Source of the DNA: Eubacteriales bacterium
Lineage (GTDB): Bacteria; Bacillota; Clostridia; Oscillospirales; CAG-272
Assembly (NCBI GenBank): GCA_045537015.1
Contig: JAZSOQ010000007.1
Span: forward strand, 1-55,428
Direction: 5' to 3'
DNA: 55,428 bases
The stretch's first letter is position 1; every line of letters begins with the position of its first letter. The notes beneath the pieces are model-generated. The model was not told where the DNA came from. It saw nothing but the letters and a program-made list of their open reading frames with translations, and searched no databases. Positions 10,034 to 19,112 of this stretch are shown piece by piece. The position numbers and the translations under genes are program-made.

Positions 10034-10442
10034 TAAGTTTAGTAAGCAGACTGCGTTTTCCCGCGGTCTGCTTTTTTTCGCGCGCGCGAAGATATTCCCA
10101 CATATCGCGCGCCTTTTTGAGGCGGCGGTAGACAGTTCTGTCATCGCAATGCATCTCGTCGGCAAGTCTGCGGATGCGAAGAGTTATTTCATTGGAATGC
10201 AGCTTTGATCCTGCAGTTGCAAAATATATATCGCGCACGGCGCACAGGGCGATCATGTCGCCGAGAAATTCGAGCAAACGCAGGGTGTCGAAAACGGCAA
10301 GCATATCAAGCGCGGCAGAGTCGCTGCAGACGCCGCGTATTTTGCAGACTGTATCAATAGCCGACCGCGACCCCACAAGCCCCATCCTTGCGTAATTCCG
10401 AAAAGCCCGCGCAGCACTTTCTGTCATAATATCTTTTTTCAT
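10026..10442 (-). CDS. Hypothetical protein with C-terminal HTH
   Basis: RBS GGAGAGG, own promoter, LADEMHCDDRTVYRRLKKAR HTH-like segment. Confidence 0.7.
   Translation of the reverse strand: MKKDIMTESAARAFRNYARMGLVGSRSAIDTVCKIRGVCSDSAALDMLAVFDTLRLLEFLGDMIALCAVRDIYFATAGSKLHSNEITLRIRRLADEMHCDDRTVYRRLKKARDMWEYLRAREKKQTAGKRSLLTKLIT
10045..10078 (+). terminator. Rho-independent terminator after trkA
   Basis: agcagactgcg-ttttcc-cgcggtctgct followed by T-run. Confidence 0.65.
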
Positions 10443-10458
10443 TTACCTCTCCTATCAA

Positions 10459-10502
10459 GAACATTTGTTCTATATTATAACATAATTAATTGGAATTGTC
10501 AA
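10459..10502 (-). promoter_or_regulatory. Sigma-A promoter with LexA (SOS) box
   Basis: TTGACA-17-TATAAT on minus strand; GAAC-AAAT-GTTC at 10459-10470 just downstream of -10. Confidence 0.7.
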
Positions 10503-10513
10503 GTATATAAACT

Positions 10514-10552
10514 ATCAGCCTCCGACAAATGTTTGCTTGTCGGAGGCTGATG
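10514..10552. terminator. Terminator hairpin after XRE regulator
   Basis: atcagcctccgacaa...ttgtcggaggctgat. Confidence 0.6.
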
Positions 10553-10554
10553 CT

Positions 10555-11586
10555 TTATGATTCGATCTTTAATGCAATATCATCAAAAATCGGATTTGCC
10601 TTTAATGAAGCAATGATCGCTTCTTTTAGTTTCCCGTATGGATGTGCCAATTTTCCTGCTTGTGCAACACTATATCCATACTTTTTACAACCACATAAAA
10701 TAGATTCACAATGTGTACCGTAAGGAATTGCATCGTGCTTTTCTGCACATAACAAAGCTTTTTCGATATAAAGACGTGCTTCGTCCGCATTCCCGATGTT
10801 CATATAAATTTCTGCTATTTTGATATCTGTGTCTGCTTTTTCTTTCAGAGCAGATACGTTATCTTCACATTCATATACAATGTCATAAAACTCATTGCTT
10901 TTTTTCAAAAGTTCTATCTGTTCTTGTGAAGTATAATGGTCGAGTAGTTTCAATATTGAGGTTTTGAAACGATAGCAAGCCTTCGCCGTGTCCGTTTCTA
11001 AAATGTGTGATAGTTGCTTCTCGCCTGTCAGAAGATCTGATAAAACCGCTTGGCGTGTCTGTGCCATTGTGGGCAAACGGCTTGCCGACTCGATGCCGTC
11101 GTTCTGCCGACCGGCTTTATAATAAGCATAACAAAGCTCCGTTCTTGCCCAATTCAAGATGTGCGGGTTGCGGCAATTTGACATAAGATATTCACCGAGT
11201 TCTATACTTCTTTTGGGATTGATATTCTGTGCTCCGTATACTATCCATGCCATAATCAAATGGTTGTTCGGGTATTTGCGTAATCCTTCTTCGGCTTTCC
11301 TTACCAAAGTAGCTTCATCGCGCATTACATCGCACTTACGCAGTTCTTCTTGCAGAGTATCGACATATTCTTTTTCTTGATACTGATCGGCTCCCATTAA
11401 TGCGTCTAATGTGATGCCGAAAAAATTTGCAATTTGGGGCAGCATTTCAATATCAGGATAACATTCTCCTCGTTCCCATTTGCTTATTGTTTGGAAACTT
11501 ACGCCGAGTCGCTCGGCAAACGCCTCTTGTGAAAGATTGCTTTCACGTCTGTTTTTCTTAATATTTTCCGAAAGATAAAGTTTCAT
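10555..11586 (-). CDS. XRE-family HTH regulator with helical (TPR-like) C-terminus
   Basis: LSQEAFAERLGVSFQTISKWERGECYPD. Confidence 0.85.
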   Translation of the reverse strand: MKLYLSENIKKNRRESNLSQEAFAERLGVSFQTISKWERGECYPDIEMLPQIANFFGITLDALMGADQYQEKEYVDTLQEELRKCDVMRDEATLVRKAEEGLRKYPNNHLIMAWIVYGAQNINPKRSIELGEYLMSNCRNPHILNWARTELCYAYYKAGRQNDGIESASRLPTMAQTRQAVLSDLLTGEKQLSHILETDTAKACYRFKTSILKLLDHYTSQEQIELLKKSNEFYDIVYECEDNVSALKEKADTDIKIAEIYMNIGNADEARLYIEKALLCAEKHDAIPYGTHCESILCGCKKYGYSVAQAGKLAHPYGKLKEAIIASLKANPIFDDIALKIES

Positions 11587-11798
11587 AACAATCTCCTAAA
11601 TGAATATTCAGCGAGCTCTGCTGTGTATATATTTTATCATATAAACAAAACAAATTCAATAACGCATAGATAGAACTATATTCGCCCATTACGGGAATTT
11701 TTCTATTTTTTGATATATAGAGCAGCCTCGGCAAGATCATTGCTTACCGAGGCTTTCAACTATTTATAACTCTTCTTTAGACTTCCGGAGCTCTACTG

Positions 11799-13007
11799 TC
11801 ACGGAAGCAGGCTTCCGTCGGCAAGTTTATAGATGTTCCGTTCATTAAGGAATATTACGTGAATGGTGGGATATGCTTCCTTGATCACGTCTGCGTCAAA
11901 ATCAAGCGAATTGCGGTAGATAGCGGTACCGAATGTGTTGGAGAGATAATCGATCATAATGATTCGGTCCCAATCGCTTGAGAAGGAAAATTCTATGCGA
12001 GGGCGAGAGGGAAGATCATCTCTGTATTGCATTTTTGCAAATGCCATATCGTATTTGTCGTAGCTGAGAAGGATCTGATATTTCTGCACGAAGTCGGTTG
12101 AAAGCGAAACGGTCTTGTTTTTTATGACGTTTTCAAGCGACGCTACCCGGGCAAGGACCTTGCCGGCTCCCGAATGCTGAACAAGATCGTCATCTTTCAA
12201 GGTGACGGGAGTGATGACCTTTTTCACATCTGCGGGAAGCATTTCGATAACTGCGCGATATGCATAGTATGCCCCGCGGCTGTTGAGAGAGTCTTCGGTG
12301 TTATTGTAAAGCTCTCCGTATCCCTTGGAGTTTATCAGATGATCCGACAGATCGAGGTAGTTGTTGACACCTCGCTTTGAGAAATAATCGCTGATCGTTC
12401 GCAGTCTTGTATCCTCGCTCGGTTCACCCATAAATTCGGGCATCTTTTCGGAATAAACGGTCTGTGCGTTGGGGATAACGGCGATGTAGCAGGAGACGCC
12501 AAGCTTTTCATAAGCATCCGTGATGTTGCGCAGACCCTGATAGTAAAGCGCAAGCTTTGCTTCTTCGGGTTTTATCTCGCCGTAATAATCGGCAACGTAA
12601 TTGTAGTTGTTTGCTTCGTCGTAAGTTGGGAAAAGAAATTCATCATCGCCGAGGATGACCTCGTTTGTGGGAATTCTGCCGAAAAGATAATAATCGACGT
12701 AGGTGATGTTTTTTCTGATGGCACTTGAAAGATAGAAGGTATCGGCGAATTTTGATAGGACTATGTTATCGTGTTCCTCGCCGTCAAAATAACCTTCGAC
12801 TGTGTCGCCTGTTCCGAGATATGCCGAAAATCCGAAATTGAGCAGAAATGAAAGAAGTATTCCGACAAACAGAACTATTATTATTACGCCGAGTGCTCTT
12901 GAATGCTTGTTTGCAAGCAGAACGGCTTCGATATGGCAATCCGATCCCGTGTTCAGCTCTGTGCTGTTGTTTGGGGATTCGACGGATTCATAATTTTGCG
13001 AGTTCAT
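11799..13007 (-). CDS. AlgJ/AlgX (DHHW)-like membrane-anchored protein, catalytic motif degenerate
   Basis: VILGDDEFLF, AVIPN..TVYSEKMP, LY..T....N.RGAY.AY; downstream of MBOAT gene. Confidence 0.75.
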   Translation of the reverse strand: MNSQNYESVESPNNSTELNTGSDCHIEAVLLANKHSRALGVIIIVLFVGILLSFLLNFGFSAYLGTGDTVEGYFDGEEHDNIVLSKFADTFYLSSAIRKNITYVDYYLFGRIPTNEVILGDDEFLFPTYDEANNYNYVADYYGEIKPEEAKLALYYQGLRNITDAYEKLGVSCYIAVIPNAQTVYSEKMPEFMGEPSEDTRLRTISDYFSKRGVNNYLDLSDHLINSKGYGELYNNTEDSLNSRGAYYAYRAVIEMLPADVKKVITPVTLKDDDLVQHSGAGKVLARVASLENVIKNKTVSLSTDFVQKYQILLSYDKYDMAFAKMQYRDDLPSRPRIEFSFSSDWDRIIMIDYLSNTFGTAIYRNSLDFDADVIKEAYPTIHVIFLNERNIYKLADGSLLP

Positions 13008-13027
13008 GGGAACCTCCTTTCCTGGGT

Positions 13028-14473
13028 TTAGAAAATTATGTCACGGAATGGCATTGTTGCGAGCGCGGGGTATTGCGGGAGATAGTAGTATATGCACAAA
13101 ACGAAGATGACAAGTATCAAAAGCGACCATACCCAAAGGAACGCGCTGTTTTTTACGAACGGGGATTGATGTCTGCGAGAGGTTACACCGAAAATGACGG
13201 GTAACTGCACGATCGCCATAATTGCAAGTACTACCAGGATCTCAAGATTCAAAAGCGTGCTGCTCAACAGGAACGACTGCAGCGGCTTAAAGAGAGTGAT
13301 ATTTCCGAATATGATCTCAAGGCTCGAAAGGTCACGGGTCTTGATAAGCATCCAGAAGAGCGTTACGAAGGAAAATGTGAATATCCAACCGAGGGGGCGG
13401 AGCATTTTGTTTTGGCGGAGTGCTTTGTTGATGCCGAACAAACAGTCAAGCAAAGTGGGCACAAGAAGGAGTGCAATAGCGGGGAGAACGCTGATTCCTA
13501 TCTTGAACCACAAAAGCAAAACGAGTGCGCAGAAGAGCGAGATCGCCGTGTTCAGGATCGTTTTCGCCTTGTGATCCTTTTTCTCAAGCGCGCAGAGCGA
13601 GGAAAGCGGACTGCGGATATAGTCGTCGATCCACAAGCCGAGGCTCGAGAGGAAGTTGTTTGCGTAATCTGCGGGGGTAAACGAAAGAATGCAGGAGCCA
13701 AAATCAGGCGCAAGCGGGATTCCGAGCATTGCGGAAATTCCGCGACCCATATCCGAGTATCCCGAAAAAGAGTAATAGACCGATACAAGCAGGATTGCGG
13801 CGAGGATCACGGCAACCCCGATACTGATGGGTTCCTCCGTGTAATGAAGAAGTCTGTCGACGATAGAGTCGTATGATTCCTCAAGGAGGGCGGCGATCGC
13901 TATCCTCTTAATAAATCCGCGCGCGAAGAGGATGATTCCGGAGGCAACGCCCGCGGCTGTGAAGCGAAGGTTTTCAGGCTTGATGAGATTTTCGAAGTGC
14001 TTGTATTTAATGATGGGTCCCGCGATCATAACGGGGAAGTAGGTCACGTAGATAAGCACGTCTGCGAAGTTTCGCGGCATATGCGCGTCACCGCGTCGAA
14101 CGTCCATGATGCAGGAGAAGCAGGCAAGCAGATAGAAAGAAGCACCGATGGGGATGTATCTTGCTGCCGCTGAAACGTCCGCCCAGACTCCGAGGTATCG
14201 GAGAACGGCAAGAACACCAACCAGCACACAGACGACGAATACCATAACGTATTTCTTCCTGACGCTGAATACCGCAAAGGTGGCGCAATAGGTGAATATC
14301 GCGCAGAGCAGCAAAAAGAGCAACGATGCGGGATTTCCGAAATTGGCTATTCCATAGAAGGTAAGGCTGAAAATGCAGATGGCGCTCGGCTTAAGACGCG
14401 TGGGAACCAAGGTGTATATACCCAGCATCAAGGGTAAAAAAAGCAGCAGAAAAACAGGGGATGTAAACAGCAT
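13028..14473 (-). CDS. MBOAT family AlgI/DltB-like membrane protein, catalytic motif degenerate
   Basis: MLFTSPVFLLLFLP, PIGASFY, YFPVMIAGPI, FSGYSDMGRG. Confidence 0.85.
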   Translation of the reverse strand: MLFTSPVFLLLFLPLMLGIYTLVPTRLKPSAICIFSLTFYGIANFGNPASLLFLLLCAIFTYCATFAVFSVRKKYVMVFVVCVLVGVLAVLRYLGVWADVSAAARYIPIGASFYLLACFSCIMDVRRGDAHMPRNFADVLIYVTYFPVMIAGPIIKYKHFENLIKPENLRFTAAGVASGIILFARGFIKRIAIAALLEESYDSIVDRLLHYTEEPISIGVAVILAAILLVSVYYSFSGYSDMGRGISAMLGIPLAPDFGSCILSFTPADYANNFLSSLGLWIDDYIRSPLSSLCALEKKDHKAKTILNTAISLFCALVLLLWFKIGISVLPAIALLLVPTLLDCLFGINKALRQNKMLRPLGWIFTFSFVTLFWMLIKTRDLSSLEIIFGNITLFKPLQSFLLSSTLLNLEILVVLAIMAIVQLPVIFGVTSRRHQSPFVKNSAFLWVWSLLILVIFVLCIYYYLPQYPALATMPFRDIIF

Positions 14474-14611
14474 ATCATTTCCCTCCTTTTCTGCCTAAAT
14501 ATAATATAGTTTTTATAGTAATATAATAACATATTCCGCGTGATAATTCAAGTGGCAATATTATTTTGTCGGAAAATGTTAAAAAAATATATCAAATTTA
14601 TCAAAAAAGCA

Positions 14612-14640
14612 TTGACAAAGAGGAGGAAATATAGTACAAT
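14612..14640 (+). promoter_or_regulatory. Sigma-A promoter
   Basis: TTGACA-17-TACAAT. Confidence 0.65.
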
Positions 14641-14688
14641 TATGATAGTAGCTTTTGCTCAACAATAATACGAAAGGAAACATTATCA

Positions 14689-16281
14689 ATGAAAAAAGCT
14701 CTATCGATCCTTCTTTTCGCAACCATGATCATTTCGCTCTTCGCTTTCCCGACGAGCGCGGCATGGGACGGAACTTCTGCATCCTCTTCTCTTAAGGGAG
14801 AGGGAACACAGGATTCCCCCTATCTCGTAGAAACCGCAGAGGACCTCGCATTCCTCGCAAAGTCGGTCAACGAGGGTAATTCCTACGATGGCAAGTACAT
14901 CATCCAGACCGCTGATATCGACCTTGGCGGCAAGGAATGGACTCCTATCGGATTCCAGGACATTAACGACGCAAAGACCGACGGCAAGGCATCAGCTCCC
15001 TTCTCGGGCGTTTACAGCGGTCTCGGCCACAAGGTAACAGGTCTCAGCATCACAGAGGAGACCACCAACCATCTCGGTCTTTTCGGTTACGTACTTCCCG
15101 GATCAACCGAAGCAGGTATCGCAAACCTCACCGTTGAAGGTGGCATCATCATCGAAGGCGTTCTCGCAAAGAACTTTGGTGTAGGCGGTATCGTCGGTTC
15201 GCTTGGCAGAGATGCTGCTGATGCGACCACTAAGGTCTACCTTCTCAACTGCGTTTCCGACGTTGACGTCAACATCACCGTTTGCTACGGCGAGCCCAGA
15301 ATGGGTTCTGCTGCAGGTTATGTTTTCAACGGCACCGTTCAGAATTGCGTTGCAAACGGAGACGTAAGCGTATCCGGAACCACCACCTCGAGAGTCGGTG
15401 GATTCGTTGGTCAGACTAACCGTACACAGTATCTTAACTGTATTGCAAACGGTGACGTAACCTCCGACCTTGAGAGCGCTAAGGTTACTGCAAGAGCCGG
15501 CGGCTTCTGCGGAGTTGTTACCCGTGGCGGTATGGCAGGTGACGAGGCTGAGGCTCAGTACACCGTATTTGAAAACATTATCACAAACGGTAAGGTATTC
15601 GCTAAGAGCGGCTCGACCATTATGGCAGCAGGAATCGCAGCTGACTTCTATGTAAACGCAACTACTTGGCCCGGCAAGGACTGCAGAGTCAAGATGATCT
15701 ACTGTGTCAACAACGGTGACGTAACCGCTGAAAGCGTTGGCGACAGCGCATATCCTCACGCCGGCGGTCTTGCGGGATACCCCGGTAACAGTCAAACCGA
15801 TTTTGAATTCCTCAACTGTGCAAACGCAGGTACAATTCAGAGTATCGGCGGTAAGGAACAGCGTGTAAGCGGCCTTGTAGGAACTGTTTATGCAAAGGAA
15901 GCTGAATACAAGTTTGATCAGTGCATTACCGTAGGCGAGATGGCATCCAGCTGCTTCAGCATTGCAAATGCAGAAACAGCTCTTATGACTTGTACCGCGA
16001 ACGCAGATTCCGCAGCTCTCATTCTTGCAAACCTCAACGTTGAATCGATGATCAAGCCCTCCGAGCTTCAGATCGCAGGTTTCAACCCCGCAAAGGGCCT
16101 TGCAGATCCCGAGCCCGAGGTTACTGAGCCCGTAGTTACCGAGCCCGCAGAAACCACCAAGCCCGAAGATACCAAGCCCGCTGATCCCGTTCCCACCGGC
16201 GATGCTTCCATCATCTTCATCGTACTCGCAATCATCTCCCTCGGCGGCGTAGCAGCTGTTGCAAAGAGAAGAGAGAACTGA
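14689..16281 (+). CDS. Cell-surface protein with GLUG-type beta-helix repeats and sortase-like anchor
   Basis: Signal peptide, G.GT..SPYL, ADIDL..KEWTPIG, repeated GG.VG/NC...GDV units, Pro/Glu/Thr linker, VPTGD + TM + KRREN tail. Confidence 0.8.
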   Translation: MKKALSILLFATMIISLFAFPTSAAWDGTSASSSLKGEGTQDSPYLVETAEDLAFLAKSVNEGNSYDGKYIIQTADIDLGGKEWTPIGFQDINDAKTDGKASAPFSGVYSGLGHKVTGLSITEETTNHLGLFGYVLPGSTEAGIANLTVEGGIIIEGVLAKNFGVGGIVGSLGRDAADATTKVYLLNCVSDVDVNITVCYGEPRMGSAAGYVFNGTVQNCVANGDVSVSGTTTSRVGGFVGQTNRTQYLNCIANGDVTSDLESAKVTARAGGFCGVVTRGGMAGDEAEAQYTVFENIITNGKVFAKSGSTIMAAGIAADFYVNATTWPGKDCRVKMIYCVNNGDVTAESVGDSAYPHAGGLAGYPGNSQTDFEFLNCANAGTIQSIGGKEQRVSGLVGTVYAKEAEYKFDQCITVGEMASSCFSIANAETALMTCTANADSAALILANLNVESMIKPSELQIAGFNPAKGLADPEPEVTEPVVTEPAETTKPEDTKPADPVPTGDASIIFIVLAIISLGGVAAVAKRREN

Positions 16282-16323
16282 TCAAACCCAAAATACCGCG
16301 TTCAATAGCGGTTTGATATGAAG

Positions 16324-16363
16324 AAATCCCTTGCGGTTGTAATGGCCGCAAGGGATTCTTTTG
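16324..16363 (+). terminator. Rho-independent terminator
   Basis: aatcccttgcgg...ccgcaagggatt-cttttt. Confidence 0.65.
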
Positions 16364-16430
16364 TGGCGTGGTAAATGCTTCAATAAAACAGCACAGCCGA
16401 ATCAGTATCGGCTGTGCTTTTCTGTGTCAA

Positions 16431-16670
16431 TTACTTTACAATGTAGCTTTCGATCTCGGAGAAGAAGGGATCGTCATGGCTTGTGTGAGCGGTGAGCTCA
16501 AGCTCTTCTCTGAGGTCAAGGCAGAACATACCCATGATAGACTTGCCGTCAACGGTGTATCTGCCGGACTTGAGTTCGATGTCGAAGTCATACTTGCCTG
16601 CAACTGCTACGAAATTGTAGAGATCTGCGATCGTTACAAGGCGGATTTTTACGGTTGTGATGGTTTCCAT
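16431..16670 (-). CDS. HPr-family protein lacking His15
   Basis: VDGKSIMG (Ser46 motif) present, GLHARP motif absent. Confidence 0.85.
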   Translation of the reverse strand: METITTVKIRLVTIADLYNFVAVAGKYDFDIELKSGRYTVDGKSIMGMFCLDLREELELTAHTSHDDPFFSEIESYIVK

Positions 16671-16981
16671 TATATTACCTCCGTTTGATTGATTTACTGA
16701 TATTATTTTACCATTTCAGGTGCAAAAAGTCAATATGATTTTTATTAATTCGAGCGTAAATATAACCATATTTCGGGTAAATTAAAATTACATTTTTGGA
16801 TGCTTGAAAAATCATAGACAAATATACAATGCAAACGTTAGATAAATATCAAACTTAAATGAAAATCTAATAAATTATGTTTGAAATACATAAAATCAAA
16901 AAGGCAAATTTGGGTATTGCAAAATGGTTCAAAATGTAGTATAATAATATATATTAGGAATAATATTACAAGGATAATAAT

Positions 16982-19096
16982 ATGGCAGTAAAAAAGACTG
17001 AAACGAAAACTAAAAAAAGCGCCTCCGCAGAGTCCGAAAAAAAGGTGAAAGCGGCGGCTAAAAAAGCCCCCGCAGAGGTAAAGAAGGTTTCTCTTTCGGA
17101 TGATCCGGCAGCTTACAATAACGACAGTATAACCCTTCTCAAGGGCGCTGACAGAGTAAGAAAACGCCCCAGCGTCATTTTCGGATCCGACAATATCGAA
17201 GGTTGCAAGCATTGCTTTTTTGAGATCCTTGCAAATGCGATTGACGAATCGAATGCGGGCTACGGACGCGAGATCAGAGTTTCCGCATATAACGATCACT
17301 CGATGAAGGTCGAGGATTTCGGCCGCGGCGTGCCTCTGGGATACAATGAAAAAGAGGGCAGATATAACTGGGAGCTCGTTTTCTGCGAGCTTTTTGCGGG
17401 TGGTAAAATGGACAACAATACCGACGAGGCGGTCTATAAATCCTCGCTCGGAACCAACGGTCTCGGTGCCTGCGCAACGCAGTATGCATCCTCTTTTATG
17501 ACCGTCGATTCCTTTGACGGAAAGTTTGTCAGCTCGATCAGATTCGAAAAGGGCGAGCCCGTGACCGAGCTTGAACGCTTCGAGCTTGCGCCCTCCGACA
17601 GAAGAACGGGAACCGTCATCCATTGGCGCCCCGACCTTGAGGTCTTCACCGATATAAATATTCCTCCCGAATATTTCAAGGAAGTTCTTCACCGCCAAGC
17701 GGCGATCAACTATGGCGTAAAGTTCCTTCTCGAGATCGAAAACGACGAAGGTAAGTTCGAAAATTTTGAATATTTCTATTCCGCCGAGGACGGCCTTCGC
17801 GAGTATCTTTGCGAGCTTGCGGAGAATAAATTCCTCACCGAGCCCGTCTTCTGGCAGTCGAAGACACGCGGAAAAGACCGCGGCGACAGACAGGAATATC
17901 CGCTTGAAGCCGACTACGTTTTCTGCTTCACGCAGGCGATCGGCGTCCAGGAATATTACCACAATTCGAGCTATCTTGAGCACGGCGGTTCGCCCGACAA
18001 GGCGGTGCGCGCGGCTTTTGTGAGCGCGATCGATAAATACCTGCGCGACTCGGGTAAGTATAACAAGAACGAGACGAAGGTCAATTTCTCGGATATTGCA
18101 GACAGCCTCGTGCTCGTTATCTCGAGCCATTCAACGGTGGCATCCTACGAAAACCAGACCAAGAAGGCGATCACAAACTCCTTCATTCAGGAGTCGATGA
18201 CCGAGGTGCTCAAGGAAAAGCTTGCGACCTATTTCGTAGAAAAGCCGCAGGAAGCCGAGAAGATCGCGGCGCAGGTACTTCTCAATAAGCGAAGCCGCGA
18301 AAGCGCGGAGAAGAGCAGGATCGATATAAAGAAGAAGCTGACTGCAACAATGGACGTTTCCTACCGTGTTGAAAAATTCGTCGGTTGCCGTTCAAAGGAC
18401 CCCTCGATCCGCGAGCTTTATATCGTTGAGGGAGATTCCGCGCTGACATCCTGTAAGCTCGCCCGAGAGGCTGAATTCCAGGCGATCATCCCCGTCCGAG
18501 GAAAGACGCTCAACTGCATGAAGAGCGACTACAAGCAGATCTTCGCAAGCGAGATCATCGTCGATCTCTTGCGCGTTATCGGCTGCGGAGTCGAGCTTGA
18601 TTCAAAGGCAAAGAAGCACAGTGACATGAGCGACTTTGATCTGTCGGCACTCAAATGGTCGAAGATCATAATCTGTACCGATGCCGACGAGGACGGCTTC
18701 CAGATCAGAACCCTGCTTCTGACGATGTTCTACCGTCTGCTGCCCACCCTTATCGAGGAGGGCAAGATCTTCATCGCCGAAACTCCTCTTTACGAGATAA
18801 CGACCAAGGACGACACCTATTTCGCTTATGACGAAAAGGAAAAGGCCGAGATACTGGGGAAGATCGGCGACAAAAAGTATACCCTTCAGCGTTCCAAGGG
18901 ACTTGGTGAAAACGAGGCGGATATGATGTCGCGAACCACCATGAAGCCCGCAACGCGCAGGCTTATCGCCGTCAAGCCCGCTGATGCGGCGGCGACCGAG
19001 GAGATCTTCGACGTGCTTCTCGGCAACAACCTTGCGGGACGAAAGACCTTTATCGCGGAGCACGCGGGAGAATATATGAAAGACGTTGACGTCTGA
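16982..19096 (+). CDS. parE: Type IIA DNA topoisomerase B subunit (GyrB/ParE family, probably topo IV-like)
   Basis: EILANAIDE, EDFGRGVP, VEGDSA, PVRGK, TDADEDG, KGLGE. Confidence 0.8.
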   Translation: MAVKKTETKTKKSASAESEKKVKAAAKKAPAEVKKVSLSDDPAAYNNDSITLLKGADRVRKRPSVIFGSDNIEGCKHCFFEILANAIDESNAGYGREIRVSAYNDHSMKVEDFGRGVPLGYNEKEGRYNWELVFCELFAGGKMDNNTDEAVYKSSLGTNGLGACATQYASSFMTVDSFDGKFVSSIRFEKGEPVTELERFELAPSDRRTGTVIHWRPDLEVFTDINIPPEYFKEVLHRQAAINYGVKFLLEIENDEGKFENFEYFYSAEDGLREYLCELAENKFLTEPVFWQSKTRGKDRGDRQEYPLEADYVFCFTQAIGVQEYYHNSSYLEHGGSPDKAVRAAFVSAIDKYLRDSGKYNKNETKVNFSDIADSLVLVISSHSTVASYENQTKKAITNSFIQESMTEVLKEKLATYFVEKPQEAEKIAAQVLLNKRSRESAEKSRIDIKKKLTATMDVSYRVEKFVGCRSKDPSIRELYIVEGDSALTSCKLAREAEFQAIIPVRGKTLNCMKSDYKQIFASEIIVDLLRVIGCGVELDSKAKKHSDMSDFDLSALKWSKIIICTDADEDGFQIRTLLLTMFYRLLPTLIEEGKIFIAETPLYEITTKDDTYFAYDEKEKAEILGKIGDKKYTLQRSKGLGENEADMMSRTTMKPATRRLIAVKPADAAATEEIFDVLLGNNLAGRKTFIAEHAGEYMKDVDV

Positions 19097-19112
19097 TGAA
19101 AGGATCTGTACT

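Noticed and set aside
16982-19096. Canonical gyrB at the replication origin
   Set aside because: No dnaA/dnaN/recF context, divergent motifs, and the partner A subunit lacks a GyrA-box
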